Positions 36,835 to 46,924 of a stretch of DNA of 64,000 nt are shown here, piece by piece. The notes beneath the pieces are model-generated. The model was not told the DNA's origin. It searched no databases and worked only from the letters and a program-made list of their open reading frames with translations. Position numbers and translations under genes: made by a program. This stretch comes from Candidatus Latescibacterota bacterium (GTDB taxonomy: Bacteria; Latescibacterota; UBA2968). The stretch is from positions 3,008,001-3,072,000 of the forward strand of contig OZ242195.1 of NCBI GenBank assembly GCA_965205975.1. Reading direction: 5' to 3'. Numbering within the stretch: the first letter of the stretch is position 1; the number at the start of each line of letters is the position of its first letter.

Positions 36835-38726
36835 CCACAATGAACAAAGGCACCTACCCCCGGCCCCTTCCTGAGAGGAAGGGGAGAAAACCTACCATCC
36901 CTCGCTTCTTGCCCTTCATCTGCGTCCATCTGCGTCATCTGCGGATAATGATCTCCACCGTCCTCTTTCTCACCCTCCCGCTTCGCTCCTGGGCAGTTCC
37001 CCTTCAGATCGGCGACAGCCTCAATGATTTTGCCCTTGCCGACCTCAACGGCTCGTCCGTTACCCTCAGTGATTTATCTCAGAACCGCGCACTCGTCATC
37101 ATCTTCAGTTCCGTCGTCTGCCCCGCCTCGCTAAAATACGACATACACCGCACACAAATACACGAACAATATGCCCCCAGAGGTGTACACCTGATATCTG
37201 TAAATGCCAATTTTAACGAAACCGACAAAGACATCAAAGAACACTACGCCCAAAACCCCGTACCCTTCGCTGTCCTGCGCGACCCGCACAACAAACTCGC
37301 CGATCATCTCGGCGCAACACATACCCCCCATGCCTTTCTCTTTGACGCCCAACGCCGCCTGCGCTACAAGGGCGAAATCGACAACGGCTGGGGCGTACCC
37401 GAAGACACGACCTCGCGCGGTTTATGGGACGCCCTCGATGCACTGCTCGCCAACCGCGAAATTATCAACACCAACCTGCCCAGTTTTGGCTGTGAAATCA
37501 GACGCACACCCCGGCCAACAACTGTGGCGAACACCTCTACCCCAACATTTTATCGCGACATCTTGCCCCTGCTCCAAAACCGCTGCCAGAACTGCCATCG
37601 CCCTGGCGGTATCGGTCGCGTACCCTTTTTCGACTACACAGAAGTACTCGCCTGGGCCTATCAGATGCGCGACTCCATCGAAGCCCGCATCATGCCGCCC
37701 TGGAAAGCGCGCCCAGAATACGGCGACTTCAAAAATTCCCGCAGACTCACAGACGCCGAAATACACACCTTCGCGCAATGGGTCAACAGCGGCCTGCCAG
37801 AGGGCGATCCCTCCGACCAGCCCGAACCTCTCACATTTGCCAAAAGCTGGACCCTGGGCACGCCCGATCTGATCCTCGAACCCGAAGCACCCTATTCACT
37901 CGAAGCCGTGGGGCGCGATGAATACCGCTGCTTTGTCTTGCCCACAAAACAGGACACAGGCAACTACGTATCGGCTATTGAAGTCCTGCCCGGAGAACGC
38001 GAAGTCGTCCACCACGTCAGCGTGTACATAGACATCTCTGGCAAAGCGCGCCTGCAACAGAAAAACGCATCATCGCCGGGCTACCCTTGCTTTGGCGGAA
38101 TTGGCGTGCCCATCTACGAATCCCTGGGCGGTTGGGCACCCGGCAACACCCCCTTTGTCCTTCCAGATGGCACAGGCCGCGATTTACCGCCCAACAGCGA
38201 CATCATACTTCAGATCCACTATCACAAAATTGGTCGCGCCGTAAAAGATCACTCCCGACTGGGAATCTACTTTGCCAAAAAACCCGTCCAGAAACAGCTC
38301 AGAGAAGAAGCCATCAACAGCCGTTTGCTCTTCATTCCGCCCAACATCAAACGACACAGAGTAACCGGAGCAATCACCATCACCCGCGACCAGCACCTGC
38401 TCGGCATCTTGCCGCACATGCACCTGCTCGGCACAGAAATGAAAATAACCGCAACCTATCCCGACGGCACACAACACCCCTTAATATGGGTTAAACCCTA
38501 TGACTTCAACTGGCAAGAAACCTATGTGTACAAAACACCCGTCGCACTCCCGCGCGGTACCCGCATCGCGCTCGAAGCCTTTTACGACAACTCTGCCGAC
38601 AACCCCCGAAATCCCAACAATCCACCCAGGCTGGTGCGATGGGGCGAAAAATCAACCGATGAAATGTGTACCGCATTTCTCTATGTCACGCACGATGATG
38701 AAAATTTAGAAACAGGTAAGAAATGA
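36831..38726 (+). CDS. Redoxin (AhpC/TSA) + monoheme cytochrome c + copper type II ascorbate-dependent monooxygenase-like fusion
   Basis: CPAS redoxin motif, TP.AF, GCEI; CQNCH and MPPW; VHHV, QIHYH, PHMHLLG, YDFNWQ and DEMC motifs. Start is 36831 (ATGA overlap) or 36948. Confidence 0.8.
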   Translation: MTTMNKGTYPRPLPERKGRKPTIPRFLPFICVHLRHLRIMISTVLFLTLPLRSWAVPLQIGDSLNDFALADLNGSSVTLSDLSQNRALVIIFSSVVCPASLKYDIHRTQIHEQYAPRGVHLISVNANFNETDKDIKEHYAQNPVPFAVLRDPHNKLADHLGATHTPHAFLFDAQRRLRYKGEIDNGWGVPEDTTSRGLWDALDALLANREIINTNLPSFGCEIRRTPRPTTVANTSTPTFYRDILPLLQNRCQNCHRPGGIGRVPFFDYTEVLAWAYQMRDSIEARIMPPWKARPEYGDFKNSRRLTDAEIHTFAQWVNSGLPEGDPSDQPEPLTFAKSWTLGTPDLILEPEAPYSLEAVGRDEYRCFVLPTKQDTGNYVSAIEVLPGEREVVHHVSVYIDISGKARLQQKNASSPGYPCFGGIGVPIYESLGGWAPGNTPFVLPDGTGRDLPPNSDIILQIHYHKIGRAVKDHSRLGIYFAKKPVQKQLREEAINSRLLFIPPNIKRHRVTGAITITRDQHLLGILPHMHLLGTEMKITATYPDGTQHPLIWVKPYDFNWQETYVYKTPVALPRGTRIALEAFYDNSADNPRNPNNPPRLVRWGEKSTDEMCTAFLYVTHDDENLETGKK

Positions 38727-38727
38727 C

Positions 38728-40323
38728 ATGAAAAAATTCCTCAAGCTCAGCATCCTGATAACCCTGATCCACGCGCCTATCTACGCCCAATGGAACATCG
38801 CCGTATTGCCACATGAAAACACACTGGGCGATCCGCAGTGGAATTGGCTCTCCGCAGCCATTGTCGAAGGATATATCAACGCCTATTACCATGTACCGAA
38901 AATACATGCCGTTGACGAAGAATATCTGCGCCACAAACTCGGAGACACGCCAGTAAGTTCCTCTGATCTCGCACAAAAATTAGACATCCACCTGATTTTA
39001 AGTGGGCGTTACGACATTGCGGGAGGGCGCATCCAAATCGAAACCGACATGCTTCATACAACCACAGGCGAAGTCATCGAAACCTTTACAGGTCAGGCAT
39101 CCACCTCTACGCCGCTCGACGCCATATTGCCCGTACTCTACGCCATTGCAGATCGGTTAAACGCGACCCTGACACCCCATGAAAAAACCCGCCTGCAAAT
39201 CCCCATGTTTCACGATCCACAAGCGCTTCACATCGCAACCGAAAGCATGGTGGCACTGTATCGGGCACTGCGACAATCTCCCATTGACGACACGCTACTT
39301 ACACAGGCTGAAGGCGGTCTAAAACGCGCCGTGCAACGCGATGCCAAAAGCGCGATGCCCCATTATTATCTCGGGCGCATACACGAAACGCGCAACAAAA
39401 TATCAGAAGCGGAAAACGCCTATCGCAACGCCCTCAAAATCGACTTTGAACACGTTGCAGCGCGCTATCGCCTATCTCTGCTCCTCAAAAAGCGCGGACA
39501 CACAGAAGAAGCCATGAACGAACTCGAACAAGCCCTCCAGCAGTCGCCCATAAACCCCGATATTCAGGCAGCCCTATCCAGCATGTTTTTCAATCAATAC
39601 GCTCAAACCTTTGAAACAATCACCTCACAACTTCGCCAGGCCATCCAGGCCAATCCCGATGACCCCATTGCCTGTTATGAATTGGCCAATGCCTATAACG
39701 AACTCGACCGCATCGACGAAGCCACAAACTATTACCATCAAGCCCTACAACGCGATTCCACATTCGCCGATGCACACTTCAAACTCGGCCTGATTGCACA
39801 CCGCAAAGGGGAACACGAAAAAGCCGTTGACCAACTTCAAAAAGCCGCAGCGCACAACACCCAATTCACCCGCGTCCATTTTCGCCTCGGCACCATCCTC
39901 TACCTCATCGAGCGCTATGACGCAGCGATCAAAGCCTTTTCAAAAGCCATCGAAGTCGAACCCAATTACGTCATCCCGCGCTATCACCTCGGCCTGAGCT
40001 ATCTCGCAAACGCGCAGACAGACAGTGCTTATGAAGCCTTTCAGAAATACGCAGAACTCACCTCAGACGATCACCGCCCGTATTTCCAAATGGCCGAGAT
40101 TGCACGGCAAAAAGGAGAAACCGAACGCGCAATTAACGGATATATGCGCGCAATCGCCATCAGCCCTGTCCACGTACCGTCACACCTCCGTCTGGGCTAT
40201 CTCCATGCCGAGCACCAGCGCTTTGACCTCGCTGTCCAGCAACTGCAAACCGCGCTGCGCCTGCAACCCGATCATCCGGATGCCAAAAAAATCCTCGCCG
40301 ACATCCAGAAATGGACACCGTGA
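38728..40323 (+). CDS. Exported TPR protein with TolB-N/FlgO-like N-terminal domain
   Basis: Signal peptide, IAVLP.EN...D...WLS motif, then about 9 TPRs. Confidence 0.8.
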   Translation: MKKFLKLSILITLIHAPIYAQWNIAVLPHENTLGDPQWNWLSAAIVEGYINAYYHVPKIHAVDEEYLRHKLGDTPVSSSDLAQKLDIHLILSGRYDIAGGRIQIETDMLHTTTGEVIETFTGQASTSTPLDAILPVLYAIADRLNATLTPHEKTRLQIPMFHDPQALHIATESMVALYRALRQSPIDDTLLTQAEGGLKRAVQRDAKSAMPHYYLGRIHETRNKISEAENAYRNALKIDFEHVAARYRLSLLLKKRGHTEEAMNELEQALQQSPINPDIQAALSSMFFNQYAQTFETITSQLRQAIQANPDDPIACYELANAYNELDRIDEATNYYHQALQRDSTFADAHFKLGLIAHRKGEHEKAVDQLQKAAAHNTQFTRVHFRLGTILYLIERYDAAIKAFSKAIEVEPNYVIPRYHLGLSYLANAQTDSAYEAFQKYAELTSDDHRPYFQMAEIARQKGETERAINGYMRAIAISPVHVPSHLRLGYLHAEHQRFDLAVQQLQTALRLQPDHPDAKKILADIQKWTP

Positions 40324-41033
40324 ACCTCCTTAAAAAATGCAGTGCCGAATTTATCGGCGCATTTGCCATCGTCTTTGGCGGATGCGGGGCCATTGCCATC
40401 AACCAGCTATCCGAAGGCGCCATCACCCACGTGGGTATTGCAACATCCTTTGGCCTCATCGTCATGACAATGGTCTATGCCACCGGGCACATCTCGGGCG
40501 CGCACTTCAACCCCGCTGTCACCACCGCCTTTGCCTTCACCCGCCACTTTCCCAAACGCGAAATTCTGCCCTACATCGCAGCGCAATGTCTCGGAGCCAT
40601 CGCCGCCAGCGGCATTCACCTCTGGTCTCTCACACCCATCTTAAAAGCAAAACACCCGCAGCAAATCCTCAACCTGGGTGTCACACAACCGATGGATAAC
40701 CTTTTTGCCACAGCTTTCATCTGGGAATTCTTGCTCACCTTCTTCTTAATGCTCGTCATCATGGCCGTTGCCACAGACTACCGCGCCACGGGTCAAGCCG
40801 CCGGCCTGGCCATTGGCGGCACCATCTGGTTTGAAGCCATGTTTGCCGGTCCGCTCTCTGGTGCCTCCATGAACCCAGCGCGCAGCCTTGGTCCCGCTCT
40901 GGCTGCTGGCGATTGGACCCATTTCTCCGCTTACGTACTCGGCCCCATTCTCGGCGCAACTGCAGGCGCGTTTTTTTACGAATTCATCCGCTGCCATTCC
41001 GACCCCGGCACAGACGCCAAAGGTTGTTGTTAA
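40311..41033 (+). CDS. MIP family channel (aquaporin/aquaglyceroporin; possible arsenite channel)
   Basis: ISGAHFNPAVT and GASMNPARS NPA motifs; C-terminal CC; adjacent to arsC. Confidence 0.9.
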   Translation: MDTVNLLKKCSAEFIGAFAIVFGGCGAIAINQLSEGAITHVGIATSFGLIVMTMVYATGHISGAHFNPAVTTAFAFTRHFPKREILPYIAAQCLGAIAASGIHLWSLTPILKAKHPQQILNLGVTQPMDNLFATAFIWEFLLTFFLMLVIMAVATDYRATGQAAGLAIGGTIWFEAMFAGPLSGASMNPARSLGPALAAGDWTHFSAYVLGPILGATAGAFFYEFIRCHSDPGTDAKGCC

Positions 41034-41051
41034 TCCATAGAAAACCATCCC

Positions 41052-41474
41052 ATGAACCGCGTACTCATCCTCTGCACGGGCAACTCCTGCCGCAGCCAAA
41101 TGGCACAAGGGCTATTTAGCCATCTGAGCAATGGCACTTACGACGCCTATAGCGCAGGCGTCAGCCCCACAACAGTCAACCCACTGGCCATTCGCGCCAT
41201 GCGTGAAATCGGCATCGACATATCCCACCACACATCCGACAGCATCGACCTCTATCTCAATCGAGACTTTGATCTCGTCATCACCGTTTGCGACAATGCC
41301 AAAGAAAATTGTCCGATCTTTCCGGGCGCCAAAAACACGCGACATTGGCCCTTTGAAGACCCCGCTGATGCCCAGGGCACAGAAGAAGAGCGCATGCGCG
41401 TATTTCGCAAAGTGCGCGACCAAATACGCGATAAAATCGCAAACTTCCTCCACATAAAAAAAGCCTCGAAATAA
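41052..41474 (+). CDS. arsC: Arsenate reductase, thioredoxin-coupled (LMW-PTP fold)
   Basis: CTGNSCRSQMA, TVCDNAKENCP and HWPFEDP motifs. Confidence 0.88.
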   Translation: MNRVLILCTGNSCRSQMAQGLFSHLSNGTYDAYSAGVSPTTVNPLAIRAMREIGIDISHHTSDSIDLYLNRDFDLVITVCDNAKENCPIFPGAKNTRHWPFEDPADAQGTEEERMRVFRKVRDQIRDKIANFLHIKKASK

Positions 41475-41484
41475 CTCGAGGCTT
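41461..41484. terminator. Hairpin between convergent genes (possible terminator)
   Basis: AAGCCTCGA-aataac-TCGAGGCTT flanked by A-runs. Confidence 0.5.
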
Positions 41485-41516
41485 AAAAAATTTCTGTGTC
41501 GGGGTATTATTTACCA

Positions 41517-41804
41517 TCATTTAAAATAGATACCGATTATACCGCCGATAATCACAGACAAGAGTCCCAATTGCCAATATAATAATTTATCTATACGGTT
41601 TGTCGTATTATCTATACGAGTTGATATGGCACGCATATCTTGTCTATACTCGGCCTGGTCTTTAACCATTTGATCCATGATACGATTTGATACGGCACGC
41701 ATGTCTTGCCTATACTCGGCCTGATCTTTAACCATTTGCTCTACGATGCCTTCAAGCCGCCCAATGTGCCTATCAGTTTCTTGTGATCGATCTGTGACAG
41801 CCAT
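41517..41804 (-). CDS. Small coiled-coil protein with internal 22-aa repeat and C-terminal TM anchor (DUF1640/Bdr-like)
   Basis: QMVKDQAEYRQDMRA occurs twice (66-nt period); hydrophobic tail; GAGG RBS. Confidence 0.7.
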   Translation of the reverse strand: MAVTDRSQETDRHIGRLEGIVEQMVKDQAEYRQDMRAVSNRIMDQMVKDQAEYRQDMRAISTRIDNTTNRIDKLLYWQLGLLSVIIGGIIGIYFK

Positions 41805-41884
41805 AGCCTGTTCCTCTCGCGTTAGTCTATCCGAAAATATAGCCTAAATGCCTCTCGACCAAAAGACAATTTTTTGCTATTCCG

Positions 41885-42973
41885 CTACGCCCATACCACA
41901 CGCGGCCCATCCACATAATCCAAAAAGCGATTCGCAATATCGGCCTGCGCCGTATCCCCCGTATGCACAATCACGCGCCAGCGAAACGTCATCGACCCGC
42001 CCTCGGGCATAAGGTGATCGGGCTTAAACATCCAGCAATTGGGCGCGAACAAACCATAACCGCGCACATGCCATGTGGTTGGATATCGGAAATTCTGCGG
42101 ATGATCAAAAATGGCAAATCCGGCCACCTCATCGCCCACAGGCCCGTAGTAATCCATCCAGTGTGACGGCAGAGACCAGCACCCCGTCTCATCCGTCGCG
42201 CCATAGGCATTGCGCATCTCCCCATCGGCATTGGCATTCATCGACGGATTCACGCGAATACACAAAAACCCACCCTCCTTCGTATCCCCAACCGTCACAG
42301 CACCATGAGAAGCCTTGAGCGTAAGCGCAATATCCAGAACCGCGGCATCACGCCCCGAATCGTACAGCCGATACGAACGACTATCACTCATCAGCGCGCG
42401 GTCGCCTTCATACCACGTATTTTCCGAAGCGATCACCAGGGACAATGCATTGTGCGAAATAGAAATATCATCCTGTGCCGTGCGCCCATATCCCGATTGA
42501 TTGGGCCGCTCATTCCAGCAATCCACCCCATTTATAGCCCCCTGCATCAGGGTCAAACCCCGCTGCCAGGGATGTTCCCCCTCCCCCCATGCCGCCATCG
42601 GCTCCCGCAGCATATTGGTTCCATTCGGCGTTAAAATCGGATTGATAACCGGCTTGGGATAATCCGTCGCATGGTGAAATGTCATAAATGGCGAACCCGA
42701 AAGAGAAACACTGAGCGCACCATCGGCATCGCGCGACGAAATCCCCGCAGCCGCATCTGCACTATCCAGTGCCAACACCTCAAAACTCGCTTCCTCACCC
42801 CCGGCCAGCGCGGGCAGATTCACATAATAAACGGGCGCAGACGGATCGCGCTCGGCAATCAGTACCTCACCCCTACCCTTCAACTGCAACAACGGTGCAC
42901 CACATCCCTCTGGGGCGGAAAAACTCGCCAGATGCGCCGGACGAGAACGCGGAATTGAAAGCGTCAATTTCAT
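41885..42973 (-). CDS. DUF6807 ('PmoA family') protein, probable sugar-related beta-sandwich
   Basis: KP.I.PI.TP.G, HPWQRGL, DTKEGG...IRV, W.DYYG, DHP.N.RYPT.WHVR.YGLF.PN motifs. Confidence 0.75.
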   Translation of the reverse strand: MKLTLSIPRSRPAHLASFSAPEGCGAPLLQLKGRGEVLIAERDPSAPVYYVNLPALAGGEEASFEVLALDSADAAAGISSRDADGALSVSLSGSPFMTFHHATDYPKPVINPILTPNGTNMLREPMAAWGEGEHPWQRGLTLMQGAINGVDCWNERPNQSGYGRTAQDDISISHNALSLVIASENTWYEGDRALMSDSRSYRLYDSGRDAAVLDIALTLKASHGAVTVGDTKEGGFLCIRVNPSMNANADGEMRNAYGATDETGCWSLPSHWMDYYGPVGDEVAGFAIFDHPQNFRYPTTWHVRGYGLFAPNCWMFKPDHLMPEGGSMTFRWRVIVHTGDTAQADIANRFLDYVDGPRVVWA

Positions 42974-43089
42974 ATCTCAAAACTCCTCCACAGTGTGTGA
43001 GTGAAAAATTGTCCTGCTGATTGAAAAAAACGACCAATAAACGACCAAAATCTGGTACTATCGCTCAGTTGAGCAAACACCGTGCCAGA

Positions 43090-45426
43090 CTACGGACTCA
43101 GCTCCAATCTGCTCTGTAAATTCTCCACAATATCTTCCCAATCCATCAGCAGGGGATGGTACTCATCGGCGGCCCACAACTCGGACTGTGTGCGATAATT
43201 CGGACTGATCGGATGCCCCGACTGTCCACCCGCCGCCGTCGCCATACTCTGAGCCGGATTGCTCATATCCACCACCATCCGATAGGTCGAAAGCGACCCA
43301 ACCTCAAATAGCCTGCCAAAATTATACCCCGTCGCGCGCACAGTTCCCGTACTCCCCGACGACTCAAAAGGCCCCACATCAAACATCTTTGACAACGCCC
43401 CGCCATCACTCAGTGGATGCCGAAAAGTCACAGTGTGCAACCTGCCCCATCGCCACTGCGACTTGCGCGAACCCACGCGGCGGCGCAACCAATCCAGCGC
43501 ATCGCCCAATGCCGCATGCACCTCCCGATCCAAAACCCAATCATCAGGCGTCCAATCCAACGCCTGCCCCGTCAACACCTGCCGCGCCACACTGCCACCT
43601 CGCCCCACCACCAATTGAGCCACATGCTCGGGAAACCGAACCCGCACCACCCGCCGCACCCAGTGCTCCCAAAAAGTCGTAAACACCGTAGCGGCAATCG
43701 AATCCACCGAATATGCGCCATCCCAGCCGCGCAATAACTCACCCAGATCGCGCAAGCGTTTATTTCCCGCTCTCAGTGCAATCTCTGCGACAATCGGCGC
43801 CAGATCTTCTCCTCGCCCGTGAACAACATCGGCATGAATAGCACCCGTACTCTCCTGCGTATGCGTCTCCAATTCCTCAATACGCGCCCTAATCCTCCGA
43901 AACCGATATCCCTCCGACCATGCCCCCAGCGACAGATAAGGACCTCGACCACCCCACGGTGGATTATTTGCCGTCGCCACCCAATTGCGCTCGGGATCCA
44001 CCAGATGCGGCAACTCGTCAAAAGCATACGGCGCGCCCCATTCGCAATCCGGATCACGAAAACCAAAATCCCCCGCCTTGCGCGTTGGCACATGCCCAAC
44101 CACGTGATATCCAAGCCTTCCATCGGAATCGGCAAACACAAAATTCAAAATGGGCATCGGCCATTTGGCGAGCGCATCCAAAACCTGCGCGACGTTTTTT
44201 GATTGCATCAGCCCCAGCATCGCCTCAAATCCCGTTGTCGCCTCAGACCCTATCCAGCGCATGGACAGCACGGGTTGCTCCCCATCACCTACAGCAGGCA
44301 CAAACTCATTGATAACCGGACCGCGACGAGATCGGCGAATCACCAGCACATCCGCTGCGGCATCGCGCACCAAAATCGCCTGTTCCTCCACCTCAAACGA
44401 ATGCCATGCATCCCCATCCCGGTACAAATTCTCATCCTCCGCTGACACCTCTTCAACGTACAAATCGCGCACCGAAGCCGAGTGATTGGTCACACCCCAC
44501 GCCGTATCGCGCGTATGCCCCAGATAAATACCCGGCGTCCCCAAAAAAAACGCACCCACAGCATCCATACCAGGCGCGCGCACCTGAGCCTGATACCACT
44601 GCCTGCACAAATTCACATCATTGTGCGGATCCGTTGCCAGCACGGGTTTGCCATTCGCCGTCCGCTCGCCCCCAATCACCCAGTTATTGCTGCCAATCCC
44701 CGTATCGTATCCCCCCACACCGGCCGGTTCATCAGACGGAACAATGGTCTCTTCTGAAGCCTCTGTCGTCAAAAACAAATCGAACAAATCGGGAGACAAG
44801 TAGCGCTTGGCCGCCTCATTTACCGCAACCCCATTCAGCCGTCCCGTCAACATCCACCACCGCCATTTCCATATCGCAATCGAATCCACCACCGTCCACG
44901 GCGCGGGATCGTAATCCAGCAAATCGAACTCAACACAACGCCGATCACCCATCGCTTCCATCCACGCATTGACACCGCCGCCCAGCGACTGCAACACCAT
45001 CTTCACCTCATCCGACATCGCCGAAGCCGCCCCCTGTGCCGCACGCGTCAAACCAATCGTTCGGTGCAAGCGATCCTGCGCCAGATAATCCGCTCCCAAA
45101 ATCTCCGACAACTGCCCGTGTGCCAACCGCCGCATATAATCCATCTGCCACAGCCGATCCTGCGCCATAGCATATCCCAGCGCAGTAAAACAATCCGCCA
45201 TCGAAGCCGCCTCGATATGCGCCACACCCCACCGGTCGCGCAACACCGTCACCGGCTGATCCACTGGTGCTTTTACCGTCTCCTGCGTCCCGGGCAATTT
45301 CTGGCGCAAAAACCGCCGTTGAAAATCCCGAAACGACCGGTGCGAAATACCCAATTGATCGGCTGCCTCATCAACAGCTATATCGCCGCGCATCGCCTGC
45401 ATCAAAATATTTTTTCGATCTGCCAT
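43090..45426 (-). CDS. Penicillin acylase family Ntn hydrolase with N-terminal HTH-like segment
   Basis: RD.WGV.HI.A, GY..AQDRLWQMD, G|SNNW catalytic Ser, TANN, GQSGHP.SP.Y; no signal peptide. Confidence 0.88.
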   Translation of the reverse strand: MADRKNILMQAMRGDIAVDEAADQLGISHRSFRDFQRRFLRQKLPGTQETVKAPVDQPVTVLRDRWGVAHIEAASMADCFTALGYAMAQDRLWQMDYMRRLAHGQLSEILGADYLAQDRLHRTIGLTRAAQGAASAMSDEVKMVLQSLGGGVNAWMEAMGDRRCVEFDLLDYDPAPWTVVDSIAIWKWRWWMLTGRLNGVAVNEAAKRYLSPDLFDLFLTTEASEETIVPSDEPAGVGGYDTGIGSNNWVIGGERTANGKPVLATDPHNDVNLCRQWYQAQVRAPGMDAVGAFFLGTPGIYLGHTRDTAWGVTNHSASVRDLYVEEVSAEDENLYRDGDAWHSFEVEEQAILVRDAAADVLVIRRSRRGPVINEFVPAVGDGEQPVLSMRWIGSEATTGFEAMLGLMQSKNVAQVLDALAKWPMPILNFVFADSDGRLGYHVVGHVPTRKAGDFGFRDPDCEWGAPYAFDELPHLVDPERNWVATANNPPWGGRGPYLSLGAWSEGYRFRRIRARIEELETHTQESTGAIHADVVHGRGEDLAPIVAEIALRAGNKRLRDLGELLRGWDGAYSVDSIAATVFTTFWEHWVRRVVRVRFPEHVAQLVVGRGGSVARQVLTGQALDWTPDDWVLDREVHAALGDALDWLRRRVGSRKSQWRWGRLHTVTFRHPLSDGGALSKMFDVGPFESSGSTGTVRATGYNFGRLFEVGSLSTYRMVVDMSNPAQSMATAAGGQSGHPISPNYRTQSELWAADEYHPLLMDWEDIVENLQSRLELSP

Positions 45427-45447
45427 AGTCCCTCCAATACCTCAATC

Positions 45448-46905
45448 TCACCGTTCGCGATAAGGATTGGAACCTGGATCGTACCACGCGAACAATCGCT
45501 CCTGTAAATCTGCACAAATACCAGCAAAATCTCGATTGTCAGTCAAATTGATACACTCGCCCGGATCACTTTCCAAATCGTATAATTCATGCCGCGACCC
45601 CCCATCATTATAAACGTACTTAAACCGTTCGCCCCGCACCATATACTGGGCTATGGGAGAGCGCAACCCATGCTCGGAAAACGCGGCATCGGGACCCTGG
45701 ATGTCGGGATCGCGCACAACACTGGCAAAACTCTCCGCATCCATTGTATCGCGAGCACCATCAAAATCCATTAGTGTCGTTCGATCTGGAGCCGACAACC
45801 CGCACAACTCTGAAAGCGTGGGATACAGACCAAAATATTCGGTCAACGCAGAAGCCACCTGATCCTCTGGAAAACGAGACGGACAACTCACAATCAAAGG
45901 CACCTTCACCGCAGGCTCAAACATACAAAACTTCTGATACAACCCGTGCTCACCGCCCATCTCACCGTGATCCGAAGTATAGACCACAATCGTATCTTCC
46001 ACCAGCCCCAACTCCTCCAGCCCATCCAGCACGCGCCCGATGCAATAATCGACAAAAGATAGATTGCCCATATACCCCGCCTTATGCGCCCGAAGCCGCT
46101 TTTCACCCATACCCTGCGTCCTATCAATACGCTGTTGTATATGCCCCGGATATTGCGAACTATCCCCCACCTCCACCAGATCTACCGATTCCGGCGAAAA
46201 CTGCTCTGCCCATTCGCGAGGCGGATAAAAAGGCGGATGGGGCTTCATAAAACTCGCCACCAGAAAAAATGGCTGATCGCGATATTCGCGCATAAACTTC
46301 ACAGACTCGCGCGCCACAAACATATCCAGATGATCTTCTGCATCGAGCGGCGAAGCCGTACTCGAAAAATCCCACCGCGCCACATTGCCAGCCCAGGGAC
46401 TTGCGTCATCCCACAGCAACGACACATCGGGAAACCCACTACCCGTATCAAAAACCGAATTGAAAAACCCCTCGCCTATCGCGTGATTGGCAATCTCATT
46501 CGCATAATGCCCCACCTTTGGACCCAAATACATCAACCAATCGTTAATCGACAAATACGACGCAAACCCGTGATTATGTGCATCGTTAAAATGCATCTTG
46601 CCGATCAAACTCGTCAAATATCCGTGATCGGCAAAATGGTGTGCCACCGTGCGATAGCGCCAATCCAACCGATCGCTATTATTAATTGCCCCCGTATTAT
46701 GAGCGTACAAACCCGTCAACAACGACATACGCGAAGCCGTACACACTGGATAGGGACAATAAGCATTCTCAAACCGCACCCCCCGCGCAGCCACGCGATC
46801 TATCATCGGCGTAGGCACCGTATTATTCCCGGCACACGTCATCCAATCTGCGCGGTGTTGGTCGGACATCAAAATGAGAACATTGGGACGATTATTATAA
46901 TCCAA
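45448..46905 (-). CDS. Sulfatase (formylglycine-dependent, choline-sulfatase-like)
   Basis: PNVLILMSDQHR, CTASR (CxxxR variant), GKMHF, KPHPP, YTSDHGEM. TTG start at 46905 after GGAGGAGG. Confidence 0.88.
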   Translation of the reverse strand: MDYNNRPNVLILMSDQHRADWMTCAGNNTVPTPMIDRVAARGVRFENAYCPYPVCTASRMSLLTGLYAHNTGAINNSDRLDWRYRTVAHHFADHGYLTSLIGKMHFNDAHNHGFASYLSINDWLMYLGPKVGHYANEIANHAIGEGFFNSVFDTGSGFPDVSLLWDDASPWAGNVARWDFSSTASPLDAEDHLDMFVARESVKFMREYRDQPFFLVASFMKPHPPFYPPREWAEQFSPESVDLVEVGDSSQYPGHIQQRIDRTQGMGEKRLRAHKAGYMGNLSFVDYCIGRVLDGLEELGLVEDTIVVYTSDHGEMGGEHGLYQKFCMFEPAVKVPLIVSCPSRFPEDQVASALTEYFGLYPTLSELCGLSAPDRTTLMDFDGARDTMDAESFASVVRDPDIQGPDAAFSEHGLRSPIAQYMVRGERFKYVYNDGGSRHELYDLESDPGECINLTDNRDFAGICADLQERLFAWYDPGSNPYRER

Positions 46906-46924
46906 GATATGACCTCCTCCTACA

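Noticed and set aside
41885..42973. Particulate methane monooxygenase subunit
   Set aside because: A soluble protein of the misleadingly named DUF6807/PmoA family; no TM helices and no pmoB/pmoC.
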